Below, piece after piece: positions 10,096 to 19,198 of a stretch of DNA of 38,673 nt; positions within the stretch are counted from its first letter, which is position 1; every line of letters starts with the position of its first letter. Source of the stretch: a virus. The translations under genes were made by a program, and so were the position numbers. The stretch lies in the UHGV virus genome UHGV-0106931; one strand, given 5' to 3'. The notes under the pieces are model-generated. The model made no database searches, was not told the DNA's origin, and saw nothing but the letters and a program-made list of their open reading frames with translations.

Positions 10096-10116
10096 AAAGG
10101 GGCATTAAGCCCCTTT
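10096..10116. terminator. Bidirectional hairpin between the convergent small ORF and the lipoprotein gene
   Basis: AAAGGGGC-attaa-GCCCCTTT stem-loop. Confidence 0.45.
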
Positions 10117-10129
10117 CTCATAAGTTGAT

Positions 10130-10429
10130 TTAGTTGTTACCCAAAGAGCCGGCCATGGCTGCATATTTAATTTCTTCGCTGGGTATTTCAGGATGTAGTT
10201 GAATTTGCCTGATGATATAGCCAGGAACTTCTTCACTCCACAGTTTCGCCGCGTCCTTACAGACCTTATACGCGAAGTCTCTATTCTCAAAGGCATAGGA
10301 TTTTCCGTATGCATATTGCTGACAGGCATGAACATAAGCTCCGAAGTCGCCGTCTTTATCTGGCAAAGCACATCCAGCTAAGGCTATGATGATTGCTACT
10401 AACGTAAAGGAGAAAGTTATACGTTTCAT
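10130..10429 (-). CDS. Small secreted lipoprotein (99 aa)
   Basis: Signal peptide with lipobox (LVAIIIALAGC); AT-rich moron region. Confidence 0.6.
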   Translation of the reverse strand: MKRITFSFTLVAIIIALAGCALPDKDGDFGAYVHACQQYAYGKSYAFENRDFAYKVCKDAAKLWSEEVPGYIIRQIQLHPEIPSEEIKYAAMAGSLGNN

Positions 10430-10537
10430 GGTCTCTTTCTAAGCGTTTAGCATTATTTAACTAAGGGGTATCTGCCGTGATTTGGTAGTCCCTGATATAT
10501 ATTCTCAGGGACTATGCTGAAGTAGCTTTAATTTTGA

Positions 10538-11344
10538 TTATTTAGAAAGGTACTTATCTCTAAGTTGATTCAGTCTGTCAGCATCGCGTTCTGAAAACTC
10601 GGCGTCACCATAGATCGATTTCCCATCTGCGTCTTCAAGGCCAATGACTGTGACGGTAAATATAGCATCAGCCGGAACTTTAAGTTTTCCCCAATCAGAG
10701 TATCTATTAGGGGCTAATTTCCAGTTGGCTTTCTCACCTGGTTCCAGACCTCCAGAAATTTTATAGTTGAAGACGTCAGAGAACCAAGGGACGCTTCTTC
10801 CTGGGCTGGCAATAACTCCTTTGAAGAATACTCTGGCAACCGCTTTGTCTGTTCCGTTTTCAACGCTAATATCCAGAATTGGCTGATCATTGCCGTAATC
10901 CTCTTTCTGGAAATAAAAACGGGAACGTTCGACCTTGAAGGCTTTCATTTTTTCCGCAGCCTGTGTTGCAGAGGTTTGTTTGGCTTCCAGTTCTTTTATT
11001 TCTTGCAGAGCCTGTTCTTTCTCTCTCTTCTCACGCTCAAGGCGAATAGTTTGTGCGTAATTTATAACCTCATCACCAGTTTTACCTTCCAACGCTGACT
11101 TAATTTTTGTTTCGTAGACGTCCCCAGAAGACGTTCCAGCCTGCATTAGCTCTCTCATGTTGATTTGGCTAAAGGCAACGACTTTAACTGCATCATCAAA
11201 CTGAGCTTTTTTATCTGCAGGTAAGGACTCTCTTACTTTTTGAATGGACTCTTTCATCGACTGATCGCTTGATGCATCGATCTTCGGTTTGTCACAAGCA
11301 GTAAGCAGCAGAGCAAAAGCAATTACGCCAGTTAATTTCTTCAT
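10538..11344 (-). CDS. Lipoprotein (268 aa) with central charged coiled-coil-like segment
   Basis: MKKLTGVIAFALLLTAC lipobox signal peptide; start taken at the internal ATG (11344) that begins the signal peptide. Confidence 0.6.
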   Translation of the reverse strand: MKKLTGVIAFALLLTACDKPKIDASSDQSMKESIQKVRESLPADKKAQFDDAVKVVAFSQINMRELMQAGTSSGDVYETKIKSALEGKTGDEVINYAQTIRLEREKREKEQALQEIKELEAKQTSATQAAEKMKAFKVERSRFYFQKEDYGNDQPILDISVENGTDKAVARVFFKGVIASPGRSVPWFSDVFNYKISGGLEPGEKANWKLAPNRYSDWGKLKVPADAIFTVTVIGLEDADGKSIYGDAEFSERDADRLNQLRDKYLSK

Positions 11345-11540
11345 ATCCCTATCCCAATCGTAAAAAAACAAGGCTAATCCTAACAGGATTAGCGGGCATG
11401 ACAAACTCATAGCCATATAGGTGTGCTGTATAAATTAGCGGGATGAGAAAGCCTGCACAGACCCTCATGTTGAAACTTGATTTTAGCTCAAAAGAGCTGA
11501 CACTAAATAACTGCGCGGAATAATGCTCCACTTTCGGTTA

Positions 11541-11561
11541 GCCCTTGGCCCTTGGCCCTTG
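11541..11561. repeat. Tandem repeat (GCCCTTG)x3
   Basis: Three exact tandem heptamers in the non-coding region left of cos. Confidence 0.6.
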
Positions 11562-11872
11562 CTGGGTAAGGCGTGGGGCCGTTTTCTTCGCCTGATCCTG
11601 CTGTATCTGGCCTACAGTAGGTTGTCCTTACGCGACATGCCACATGTCAGTAAACGGCAGGTGTAGCAGTATTAGACGCAGCTATTTAGTGTGTATTAAG
11701 CTGGCTCATATTTATGACTGGTTTCAAGGTTTGACCGATTTTCATGTCATGCATGTCTATGCTGCATGAGTTCGCATGATCGTTTGAGGATCGGTTTGGC
11801 TAAGACATGCCAGAACTGGCGGGCTTTTGCTCATGTCATGCAGGTGCATGAAAACTACTACATAAAGCGGGC

Positions 11873-11891
11873 AGGCGTGGCGGGGATACGA
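11873..11891. other. Probable cos site (cohesive-end region)
   Basis: GGCGTGGCGGGGATACGAG followed by CGCGCGCT resembles the P2/186 cohesive-end sequence as recalled (GGCGAGGCGGGGAAAGCAC TGCGCGCT); exact cut positions not determinable here. Confidence 0.5.
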
Positions 11892-11980
11892 GCGCGCGCT
11901 CACCACAATTAGCAAGCTTGCTTATAGGGTTGTTCAGTAATAAATTAACATCCTAATTTCTATACTTTTAAGGTTAGTTC

Positions 11981-12676
11981 ATGGCTTGCAGTAGGGGAAA
12001 AGCTTCTCCAAACGCTAATACAGTTAGACGGCTTTTTGCCAGCTCAGGTGGCTTTTGCCAAAATCCACAATGCTTGCAACCTTTGTTTGTTGATGCTGGC
12101 GACAAAAATATAACAATTGGAGAACTTGCTCACATTTTTAGTGCCATTGATAATGGACCTAGAACCAATGCTGATCTAACTGATGAGCAGAGAGGTCATT
12201 TTGACAACATTATTCTTCTATGTGCTAATTGCCATACGACAATTGATAAGGCAGAGGAACATTTTACTGATGAAATTATCCGTTCTTGGAAAAACGGCCA
12301 TATTGATAAAATAAATGCAACCTTTGGTGTTAAAACATATGACAATCGAGAATCTGTTAGACAGGAGTTAGAAAAATACTTCAGAGAAAACAATACCATT
12401 TTTGTAACATATGGACCAACCCAAGAGAACAGCGTTGACCCTGAAAATCCAAATGCAGAAGTATGGTTAAGAAAAGTACAATCTCATATCTTACCCAACA
12501 ATAGAAAAGTACAGCGACTGGTTGAACAAAACTATCACCTCATGAGTGAAGATGAGAAGAATGTTTTTTCAAAGCTTTGTGTTCATATAGATGACTTTGA
12601 ATCAAAACATTTGGGCTTAACCGATGCTAATGGTAGTAGGTTTCCAGAAGCTGCATCTGAACTATTTATAGGATGA
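11981..12676 (+). CDS. HNH-motif nuclease-like protein (231 aa), cassette gene 1
   Basis: C-x2-C (CQNPQC), conserved His (ELAHIF), Asn, and CANCH arranged as in HNH endonucleases; AT-rich; stop overlaps next start. Confidence 0.65.
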   Translation: MACSRGKASPNANTVRRLFASSGGFCQNPQCLQPLFVDAGDKNITIGELAHIFSAIDNGPRTNADLTDEQRGHFDNIILLCANCHTTIDKAEEHFTDEIIRSWKNGHIDKINATFGVKTYDNRESVRQELEKYFRENNTIFVTYGPTQENSVDPENPNAEVWLRKVQSHILPNNRKVQRLVEQNYHLMSEDEKNVFSKLCVHIDDFESKHLGLTDANGSRFPEAASELFIG

Positions 12677-13332
12677 ATCCAATGAGCATAAATGCGAGTG
12701 AAGGCTATATTTCATGGATGGCAGGAAAATTACAAGAAAATAAATGTGTCGAAAATATAGAGGTGATAGGTGATGGTACTTTAGTGATTAATACTACACA
12801 GGGTGACACCTATTTGATCGGGGCAATCAATACTGGCCGGATAACATGTCCTGAGATAAATGAATACCTAGACAATAAAAAAATTGATTTTCTATCAGTC
12901 AAGGGAGGTGTTGAATTTATCTCTGGTGATGCAATGAGATTACTAGAACAAAAGAAAATAGGAGTGGGTTCATTTGGGCATATTGCATCTTCTTTAAGAG
13001 CTAATAATCCGCTTGAGCATCTTGATAAAGAGCATTTGTTTATAAATAGAGTGTTCAATCAACATTCACATGTAAGCTCTGTAGAGCGAGAAACCAACAA
13101 AAAATATAGACTTAAAAGACGTGGCTTGGCGGACTTAGTTATTATCGCTGCGAATGATTATGATATGACAGCGGGTTCTGTAAGAGATGCGATAGGGTTG
13201 CATGGCAATTGTGATGTTGTTTTTTCCTCCAATCCTAATGGACGATTGACGACTCAGGCAAAAGAGGCTGCTCAAAGTATCGGGGTGGAGCTTTACAAGT
13301 TGGGTGATTTATTACGAAGAATTTCACGGTAG
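12673..13332 (+). CDS. Hypothetical protein (219 aa), cassette gene 2
   Basis: ATGA-coupled to gene 1; no domain confidently recognised; a weak Rx6H (RANNPLEH) is noted only as a possibility. Confidence 0.6.
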   Translation: MNPMSINASEGYISWMAGKLQENKCVENIEVIGDGTLVINTTQGDTYLIGAINTGRITCPEINEYLDNKKIDFLSVKGGVEFISGDAMRLLEQKKIGVGSFGHIASSLRANNPLEHLDKEHLFINRVFNQHSHVSSVERETNKKYRLKRRGLADLVIIAANDYDMTAGSVRDAIGLHGNCDVVFSSNPNGRLTTQAKEAAQSIGVELYKLGDLLRRISR

Positions 13333-13649
13333 TGAATTTTAAACATACGATTGAATCGATCTGTGATGTTATTATCCATCATAGTTTATATATGGTGGAT
13401 GTATATGTATTTGGGTCAGCATTAAAGAGTTTTTGCGATGCAAATGATATTGATATGCTTGTGATAGGTGATTGTGTCGATGGTTTATTATTGAAGCGAA
13501 AGCTGCGGGAGCTTGATTTATTTGTTCCTGTTCATATTATTACAATGACGCATTCAGAAGAGTATGAACTGGGATTTATTAAGTCTGTTGGCACTTCTCT
13601 GCTTGTTGTTGATAAAAGCGTTAAGATCAATTTTGTATGTGGTATATAA
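13332..13649 (+). CDS. Minimal nucleotidyltransferase-like protein (about 105 aa), cassette gene 3
   Basis: FGS-x9-DID (YVFGSALKSFCDANDIDMLV) fits the Pol-beta-type NTase motif; GTG start overlapping the upstream stop (TAGTG), alternative ATG at 13392. Confidence 0.5.
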   Translation: MNFKHTIESICDVIIHHSLYMVDVYVFGSALKSFCDANDIDMLVIGDCVDGLLLKRKLRELDLFVPVHIITMTHSEEYELGFIKSVGTSLLVVDKSVKINFVCGI

Positions 13650-13660
13650 CGGGTGGCAAT

Positions 13661-13698
13661 AAGCCTCTTCTTTGGATGGGTTTCTAAAGAAGAGGCTT
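13661..13698. terminator. Bidirectional hairpin between the cassette and portal gene Q
   Basis: 13 bp perfect stem AAGCCTCTTCTTT / AAAGAAGAGGCTT with 12 nt loop. Confidence 0.5.
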
Positions 13699-13701
13699 TA
13701 A

Positions 13702-14730
13702 TTACAAGGAGTAATCTTGGAATTTTATTACGTCATCATGTAGCCAATTGTTCACCTCTCTAATTCGTTGTTGAAGAGGCTTTAATTCATTACGTACAAA
13801 AACCGTGGATGCCTTCTCCACATCCCCAAACCCGCCAACATTATTCGGCATGATACCCATCATTTGTGGAGGCACGCGGTGTGCCGCCATCATGTCATCC
13901 CGGCTCACGTTCTTGATGTTCAGAAATTCATCCTTTGCCGCGACTTCTGACAACGGGATAATCTGAAGACCATCCTTTTTGCCGTTAGGTGAGTACATAA
14001 ACAGGTTGCGGAAGTTGCCTGGACCTTTGGCGCTTTTCATTGCGTTGCGGAGGTTGTTCACATCCTCCTGGTTCTGCGCAGCATCGGTCATGTACATGAT
14101 GAAGCCAGCATGACTGCCGTTAATGTAATACTTTCGGCGGAACAGCGTGGCGGACTCGTTGAGCAGGGCTGACGGAATGGCAGAAAGATAACCGGGCAGG
14201 CCGTAGATCTCCTGGTTGATGTCCGGTTCCATCAGATGAAAGATGCTGCCTTTCGTGAACTGATACGGCTGGGTTGTCATACCGTATTGCACAAACCAGT
14301 AGGTATCCAGGTCTAATCCGCGTCGGGTGTATTTTGCCAGCGCAGGTTCAAGGGCGATCACTTCACCGAAGCGGTTCGTGCGTTTCTCCAGATAGGCGTT
14401 GCCAAATACCAGATAGTCCTGCACAAAACGCGAAAAAGCCTGCTGGCTGAGCAGAGGATGAGGGATATAGGTACTGGTCAGAATGTTGCACTTTACTGCA
14501 ATCGGGGAACTGTGATGCACGGCGGCGCGGAAGGTGCGAGCCAGACCGTCGAAACTCACTGGCGGCTCATACCAGCGATCTGTCTGTACGCATTGCACAT
14601 AGTCCAGCAGTTCGCGGCGGTCAAGTACAGGAACGGGATCACCGAAGCTGAATGCTTCGGCTGAAGTCTGGCTTTTATGCTGGATCTGATTCGTCGCCGC
14701 AGTGCGGTTTTTCTTACTCTTTCCCATCAA
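13702..14730 (-). CDS. Q: Portal protein gpQ
   Basis: 342 aa in P2 Q position, overlapping the terminase gene; sequence consistent with P2 Q as recalled. Confidence 0.88.
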   Translation of the reverse strand: MMGKSKKNRTAATNQIQHKSQTSAEAFSFGDPVPVLDRRELLDYVQCVQTDRWYEPPVSFDGLARTFRAAVHHSSPIAVKCNILTSTYIPHPLLSQQAFSRFVQDYLVFGNAYLEKRTNRFGEVIALEPALAKYTRRGLDLDTYWFVQYGMTTQPYQFTKGSIFHLMEPDINQEIYGLPGYLSAIPSALLNESATLFRRKYYINGSHAGFIMYMTDAAQNQEDVNNLRNAMKSAKGPGNFRNLFMYSPNGKKDGLQIIPLSEVAAKDEFLNIKNVSRDDMMAAHRVPPQMMGIMPNNVGGFGDVEKASTVFVRNELKPLQQRIREVNNWLHDDVIKFQDYSL

Positions 14731-16493
14731 AAAATCTCCACAATATTGCTGGTATTGGCGGACTCGCCCTGCAGCGGTTCGTTAAACAGTGCGTGCATCG
14801 TTGCCCAGGCCAGATCGGCGTGGCTGGCTTCTTCGCTGCGGCTGGCTTCATAGGTTGGGCGGTTGCCACTGGCGGTGGTTGCGCGACGGATTGCCATGAA
14901 TGACTGCGCAATGTCGGTGTGTCCGGCGTCAAACTCCAGACGGCGGTGGCTGATAATGTCGTAGGCCTTGAGTACCAGGGCGTTTTTAACGTTGGGGTTG
15001 TAGACAAACTCCCGGACGGCAGGAAAAAACGCTTTCACGTTCTCGTAAACCCCGTGACCAACGCCGGTTGAGTCGATACCGATATAGGTCACGTTGTACT
15101 GTTCGGTCAGTTTTTTGATGGCGTCAGCCTGGGCGCGGAAGTCCATTCCGCGCCACTGGTGACGCTCAAGAATGCGGAACTTACCGCCCGGCACGGCTGG
15201 CGGCGCCACCACCACGCATCCGGCGCTGTCGCCGTTCTGCGTACCTTTCGCCGGGTCATACCCGATCCACACTTCGCGCCAGCCAAACGGGCGCAGGGCC
15301 AGTGCATGAAAGTCGGTCCAGACTTCCCAACTGTCCACCATGCACGCCTGCAGCTCGCTGAGTGGGAACACAGACGCGAGATCGTCCACGAACTCACACA
15401 TCAGCAGGTTCTGGTATTCGTCCGGGCTGTACTCCATGCGCAACTGGTCGAGGTCGAACAGGTTACAGCCGCCGCGCACCGCATCTTCCACAGTGACTAT
15501 CTGGCGGTACTGTCCGTCTGCGCACAGCAGGCCGGGGGCCAGATTGCTGTGGGACAGGTCGATGTCCACCTTATCGGCTTTGTTGCGCCCTCGGTTGAAC
15601 AGCGCACCGGACCAGAACGGATAAGCACTGTGTGTCAGGCTGGATGGCGTGGAAAAATAGGTTTGTCGCCATTTTTTGTGAATAGCCATACCGGAAGCCA
15701 CTTTGCGCAGCTCCTGGAATTTCGGTATCCAGAAATATTCATCCAGATACAGGTTGCCGTGGTAACTCTGGGCCGTGCGGGCATTGGTGCCGAGGAAGTA
15801 CAGCGTGGCCCCGTTAGGAAGCACCATCGGATCGCCTTTCAGCTCCACCTCCACTTCTTTGGCGAAGTCGATGATGTACTGCTTAAAGACGTGGGCCTGA
15901 GCCTTGCTGGCGGAAAGGAAAATCTGGTTACGCCCGGTTAGCAGGGCGTCAATCAGGGCTTCACGGGCAAAATAGAAGGTCGCGCCGATCTGGCGTGACT
16001 TCAGCAGGTTGCGGATGCGGTTGGTTTTTCCGGCTTCCCACCAGTGGCGCTGGTAGTTGAACATGGAGGAATGGAAGATTTCTTCCAGCTTCTCAATCTG
16101 TTCATCGGTGAAAACGTTCTTTTCCGGCTGACGGCGCGGGCCTTTGTTGCGGTTGGCGACGTTAGGGTTTAAGTCGGCTTCGTTGCCGCCATTGTTAAAC
16201 TTGCCGATCCGCGCATGGCGCTCCGACTGGCGCGCCAGCAGGTCAATCTCTTTGAAATCTTTCCCTTCTTTGTGCTCCTTCATAATGAGCTGGCAGTAGC
16301 GTGCGGCGGTGGTGAGCTGCATCTGATCCAGCGGCCCATAGTCACCCCACTTGTCGCGTTTTTTCCAGCTGTGAACGGTTGCAACTTTCTCGCCCAGCAT
16401 TTCAGCAATGCGGGCTACGCGGTATCCCTGAAAGTACAGCAGCATGGCCTGCCGACGGGGATCGAGATCTGCGGGTGTCAGTGTGGTGTTCAT
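14727..16493 (-). CDS. P: Terminase large (ATPase) subunit gpP
   Basis: 588 aa, P2 P-like; Walker A-like region KSRQIGATF; position and length. Confidence 0.88.
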   Translation of the reverse strand: MNTTLTPADLDPRRQAMLLYFQGYRVARIAEMLGEKVATVHSWKKRDKWGDYGPLDQMQLTTAARYCQLIMKEHKEGKDFKEIDLLARQSERHARIGKFNNGGNEADLNPNVANRNKGPRRQPEKNVFTDEQIEKLEEIFHSSMFNYQRHWWEAGKTNRIRNLLKSRQIGATFYFAREALIDALLTGRNQIFLSASKAQAHVFKQYIIDFAKEVEVELKGDPMVLPNGATLYFLGTNARTAQSYHGNLYLDEYFWIPKFQELRKVASGMAIHKKWRQTYFSTPSSLTHSAYPFWSGALFNRGRNKADKVDIDLSHSNLAPGLLCADGQYRQIVTVEDAVRGGCNLFDLDQLRMEYSPDEYQNLLMCEFVDDLASVFPLSELQACMVDSWEVWTDFHALALRPFGWREVWIGYDPAKGTQNGDSAGCVVVAPPAVPGGKFRILERHQWRGMDFRAQADAIKKLTEQYNVTYIGIDSTGVGHGVYENVKAFFPAVREFVYNPNVKNALVLKAYDIISHRRLEFDAGHTDIAQSFMAIRRATTASGNRPTYEASRSEEASHADLAWATMHALFNEPLQGESANTSNIVEIF

Positions 16494-16538
16494 GGCACAA
16501 ACCTACAGCCTTGAATGAAGGCTTTCCCCGCCTGCGGT

Positions 16539-16556
16539 TTGTGTGGTTGTCGGTAC
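16539..16556. promoter_or_regulatory. Ogr-type late promoter dyad TGT-N12-ACA in the divergent P/O region
   Basis: TGTGTGGTTGTCGGTACA in the 142 bp gap between divergent P and O. Confidence 0.5.
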
Positions 16557-16635
16557 AAATACCGCGCATTGTTTCACTGCCCCCATCACCGCAACCATAA
16601 GGCTCCAGTAAGTTTTTTCTAACGGAGCACGGCTC

Positions 16636-17469
16636 ATGACAGTGAAAGCAAAGCGTTTTCGCATCGGGGTGGAAGGTGCCACCACCGACGGACGCGAAAT
16701 CCAGCGTGAATGGCTGGAACAGATGGCAGCCAGCTACAACCCGGCGGTGTATACCGCGCTGATTAACCTTGAGCACATCAAGTCTTATCTGCCGGACAGC
16801 ACTTTTAACCGCTACGGCAAGGTGACGGCGCTGTTTGCTGAAGAAATCACGGAAGGTCCGCTGGCAGGCAAGATGGCGCTGTATGCCGACGTTGAGCCAA
16901 CGGAGTCCCTGGTGGAACTGGTGAAAAAAGGCCAGAAATTATTCACCTCTATGGAAGTCAGCCCGAAGTTCGCTGATACGGGCAAAGCCTATCTGGTCGG
17001 CCTGGCTGCCACTGATGACCCTGCCAGTCTGGGTACGGAAATGCTGACATTCAGCGCCAGTGCAGCCCATAACCCGCTGGCAAACCGCAAGCAGAATCCT
17101 GCCAATCTCTTTACCGCTGCAGAGGAAACGGTGATCGAACTGGAAGAAATCCAGGACGACAAACCGTCCCTGTTTGCCCGCGTCACGGCGCTGTTTACCA
17201 AAAAAGAGCAGTCCGATGACGCCCGGTTCTCTGATGTGCATAAGGCCGTGGAGCTGGTCGCCACTGAGCAGCAGAACCTGAGCGCACGCACCGAAAAATC
17301 CCTGTCTGAGCAGGAAGAACGCCTGTCTGAGCTGGAGACTGCCCTGCAGGCACAGCAAACCGCCTTTAACGAACTGGTGGACAAGCTGAGTCATGAAGAC
17401 AGTCGCCAGGACTACCGCCAGCGTGCAACAGGCGGTAACGCCCCCGCTGACACTCTGACCAATTGCTGA
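16636..17469 (+). CDS. O: Capsid scaffolding protein gpO
   Basis: P2 O-like sequence, gene order. Confidence 0.85.
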   Translation: MTVKAKRFRIGVEGATTDGREIQREWLEQMAASYNPAVYTALINLEHIKSYLPDSTFNRYGKVTALFAEEITEGPLAGKMALYADVEPTESLVELVKKGQKLFTSMEVSPKFADTGKAYLVGLAATDDPASLGTEMLTFSASAAHNPLANRKQNPANLFTAAEETVIELEEIQDDKPSLFARVTALFTKKEQSDDARFSDVHKAVELVATEQQNLSARTEKSLSEQEERLSELETALQAQQTAFNELVDKLSHEDSRQDYRQRATGGNAPADTLTNC

Positions 17470-17485
17470 TGGAGCACAAAACCCG

Positions 17486-18544
17486 ATGAAGAAGAATACC
17501 CGCTTTGCTTTTAACGCTTACCTGCAGCAGCTGGCGCGTCTGAACGGTGTGGCAGTTGAAGAACTGTCCAGCAAGTTCACCGTGGAGCCGTCTGTGCAGC
17601 AGACGCTGGAAGACCAGATCCAGCAGTCCGCCGCTTTCCTGACGCTGATTAACGTCACGCCAGTGACTGAGCAGTCCGGTCAGCTGCTGGGGCTGGGAGT
17701 TGGCAGCACCATTGCCGGAACCACTGACACCGCCGCGAAAGAGCGTGAACCTGTCGATCCGACGCTGATGGTCGATGTGGAATATAAATGCGAGCAGACC
17801 AACTTTGACACGGTGCTGACCTACGCGAAGCTGGACCTGTGGGCGAAGTTTCAGGATTTCCAGGTGCGCATCCGTGACGCCATCGTGAAACGTCAGGCTC
17901 TGGACCGCATCATGATCGGCTTTAACGGCGTGAAGCGTGCGAAAACCTCCAACCGTAGCGAAAACCCGCTGCTACAGGATGTGAACAAAGGCTGGCTGCA
18001 GAAAATCCGTGAAGATGCACCGGATCACGTCATGGGCAGCACCACCACGGGCGGTGAAACCACACCGGGTGCGGTGAAAGTCGGGAAAGGTGGCGAATAT
18101 GCCAACCTGGACGCCGTGGTGATGGATGCCGTCAATGAGCTTATCGATGTGGTCTACCAGGACGATGACGATCTGGTGGTGATTTGCGGTCGTGAACTGC
18201 TGTCTGACAAGTATTTCCCGCTGGTCAACAAAGAGCAGGAAAACAGTGAAAAACTGGCTGCCGATATGATCATCAGTCAGAAACGCATGGGTGGCCTGCA
18301 GGCCGTGCGTGCGCCGTTCTTCCCGCCGAATGCACTGCTGATCACCCGTCTGGATAACCTGTCCATCTACTGGCAGGAAGACACCCGCCGCCGCTCAGTT
18401 ATCGACAACCCGAAACGTGACCGGATTGAAAACTTTGAATCCGTTAACGAAGCCTATGTGGTTGAGGACTACCGCTGCGCCGCACTGGTGGAAAACATCC
18501 AGATTGGCGACTTCAGCGCCGCAGCAGCAGAAACCGGAGCGTAA
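17486..18544 (+). CDS. N: Major capsid protein gpN
   Basis: Strong similarity to P2 N as recalled (RFAFNAYL..., SIYWQEDTRRR...). Confidence 0.9.
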   Translation: MKKNTRFAFNAYLQQLARLNGVAVEELSSKFTVEPSVQQTLEDQIQQSAAFLTLINVTPVTEQSGQLLGLGVGSTIAGTTDTAAKEREPVDPTLMVDVEYKCEQTNFDTVLTYAKLDLWAKFQDFQVRIRDAIVKRQALDRIMIGFNGVKRAKTSNRSENPLLQDVNKGWLQKIREDAPDHVMGSTTTGGETTPGAVKVGKGGEYANLDAVVMDAVNELIDVVYQDDDDLVVICGRELLSDKYFPLVNKEQENSEKLAADMIISQKRMGGLQAVRAPFFPPNALLITRLDNLSIYWQEDTRRRSVIDNPKRDRIENFESVNEAYVVEDYRCAALVENIQIGDFSAAAAETGA

Positions 18545-18547
18545 TTC

Positions 18548-19198
18548 ATGAGCCTGAGTCCCGCACGGCAGCATCGCCTGCGCGTTCAGGCTGAACAGGC
18601 CGCCCGCGAGGGCGGCAGCGTTCGCCACGCGTCGGGCTATGACCTGATGCTGCTGCAACTGGCGGAAGACCGCCGCCGTCTCAAGGGCGTTCAGTCCACG
18701 GTCAAAAAAGCGGAAATCAAGGTGGAGCTGCTGCCGAAGTACGCCGCCTGGGCGGAGGGTGTCCTGGCTGCCGGAGGCGCTCAACAGGATGACGTGCTGA
18801 TGTACGTGATGCTGTGGCGCATTGATGCCGGAGATTATGCCGGGGCGCTGGAGATCGGGCGTCACGCCCTGCGTCATGGCTGGGTGATGCCGTTAGGTAA
18901 CCGCAACGTGCAGACCGTGCTGGCAGAGGAAATGGCAGATGCAGCCCAGAGCGCAATGCTTGCCGCCACCGGCTTTGATGCCGATCTGTTGCTGCAGACC
19001 CTGGAGCTGACAGACGGTATGGATATGCCGGACCAGTCACGGGCGCGTCTGCATAAAGCGATTGGCGCTGTCCTGAGTGAAAGCAATCCGGCGTCTGCCC
19101 TTAATCATCTCAACCATGCGTTACAGCTCGATCCCCGCTGTGGCGTGAAAAAAGACAAACAGCAGCTGGAGCGCAGACTGCGCAATGACAGCCGCTGA
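18548..19198 (+). CDS. M: Terminase small/endonuclease subunit gpM
   Basis: P2 M-like (VMLWRIDAGDYAGALEI...), gene order. Confidence 0.85.
   Translation: MSLSPARQHRLRVQAEQAAREGGSVRHASGYDLMLLQLAEDRRRLKGVQSTVKKAEIKVELLPKYAAWAEGVLAAGGAQQDDVLMYVMLWRIDAGDYAGALEIGRHALRHGWVMPLGNRNVQTVLAEEMADAAQSAMLAATGFDADLLLQTLELTDGMDMPDQSRARLHKAIGAVLSESNPASALNHLNHALQLDPRCGVKKDKQQLERRLRNDSR

Noticed and set aside
11349-11531. 60 aa minus-strand ORF upstream of the lipoprotein gene
   Set aside because: Overlaps the lipoprotein start and promoter region; no RBS; likely non-coding leader
15159-15941. 260 aa plus-strand ORF antisense to terminase gene P
   Set aside because: Fully embedded in the antisense strand of a conserved structural gene; typical high-GC artefact
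16569-16586. Second TGT-N12 element in the P/O region (TGT-N12-ATC) as the separate PP dyad
   Set aside because: Right half does not match ACA; reported only the perfect dyad and left promoter assignment open
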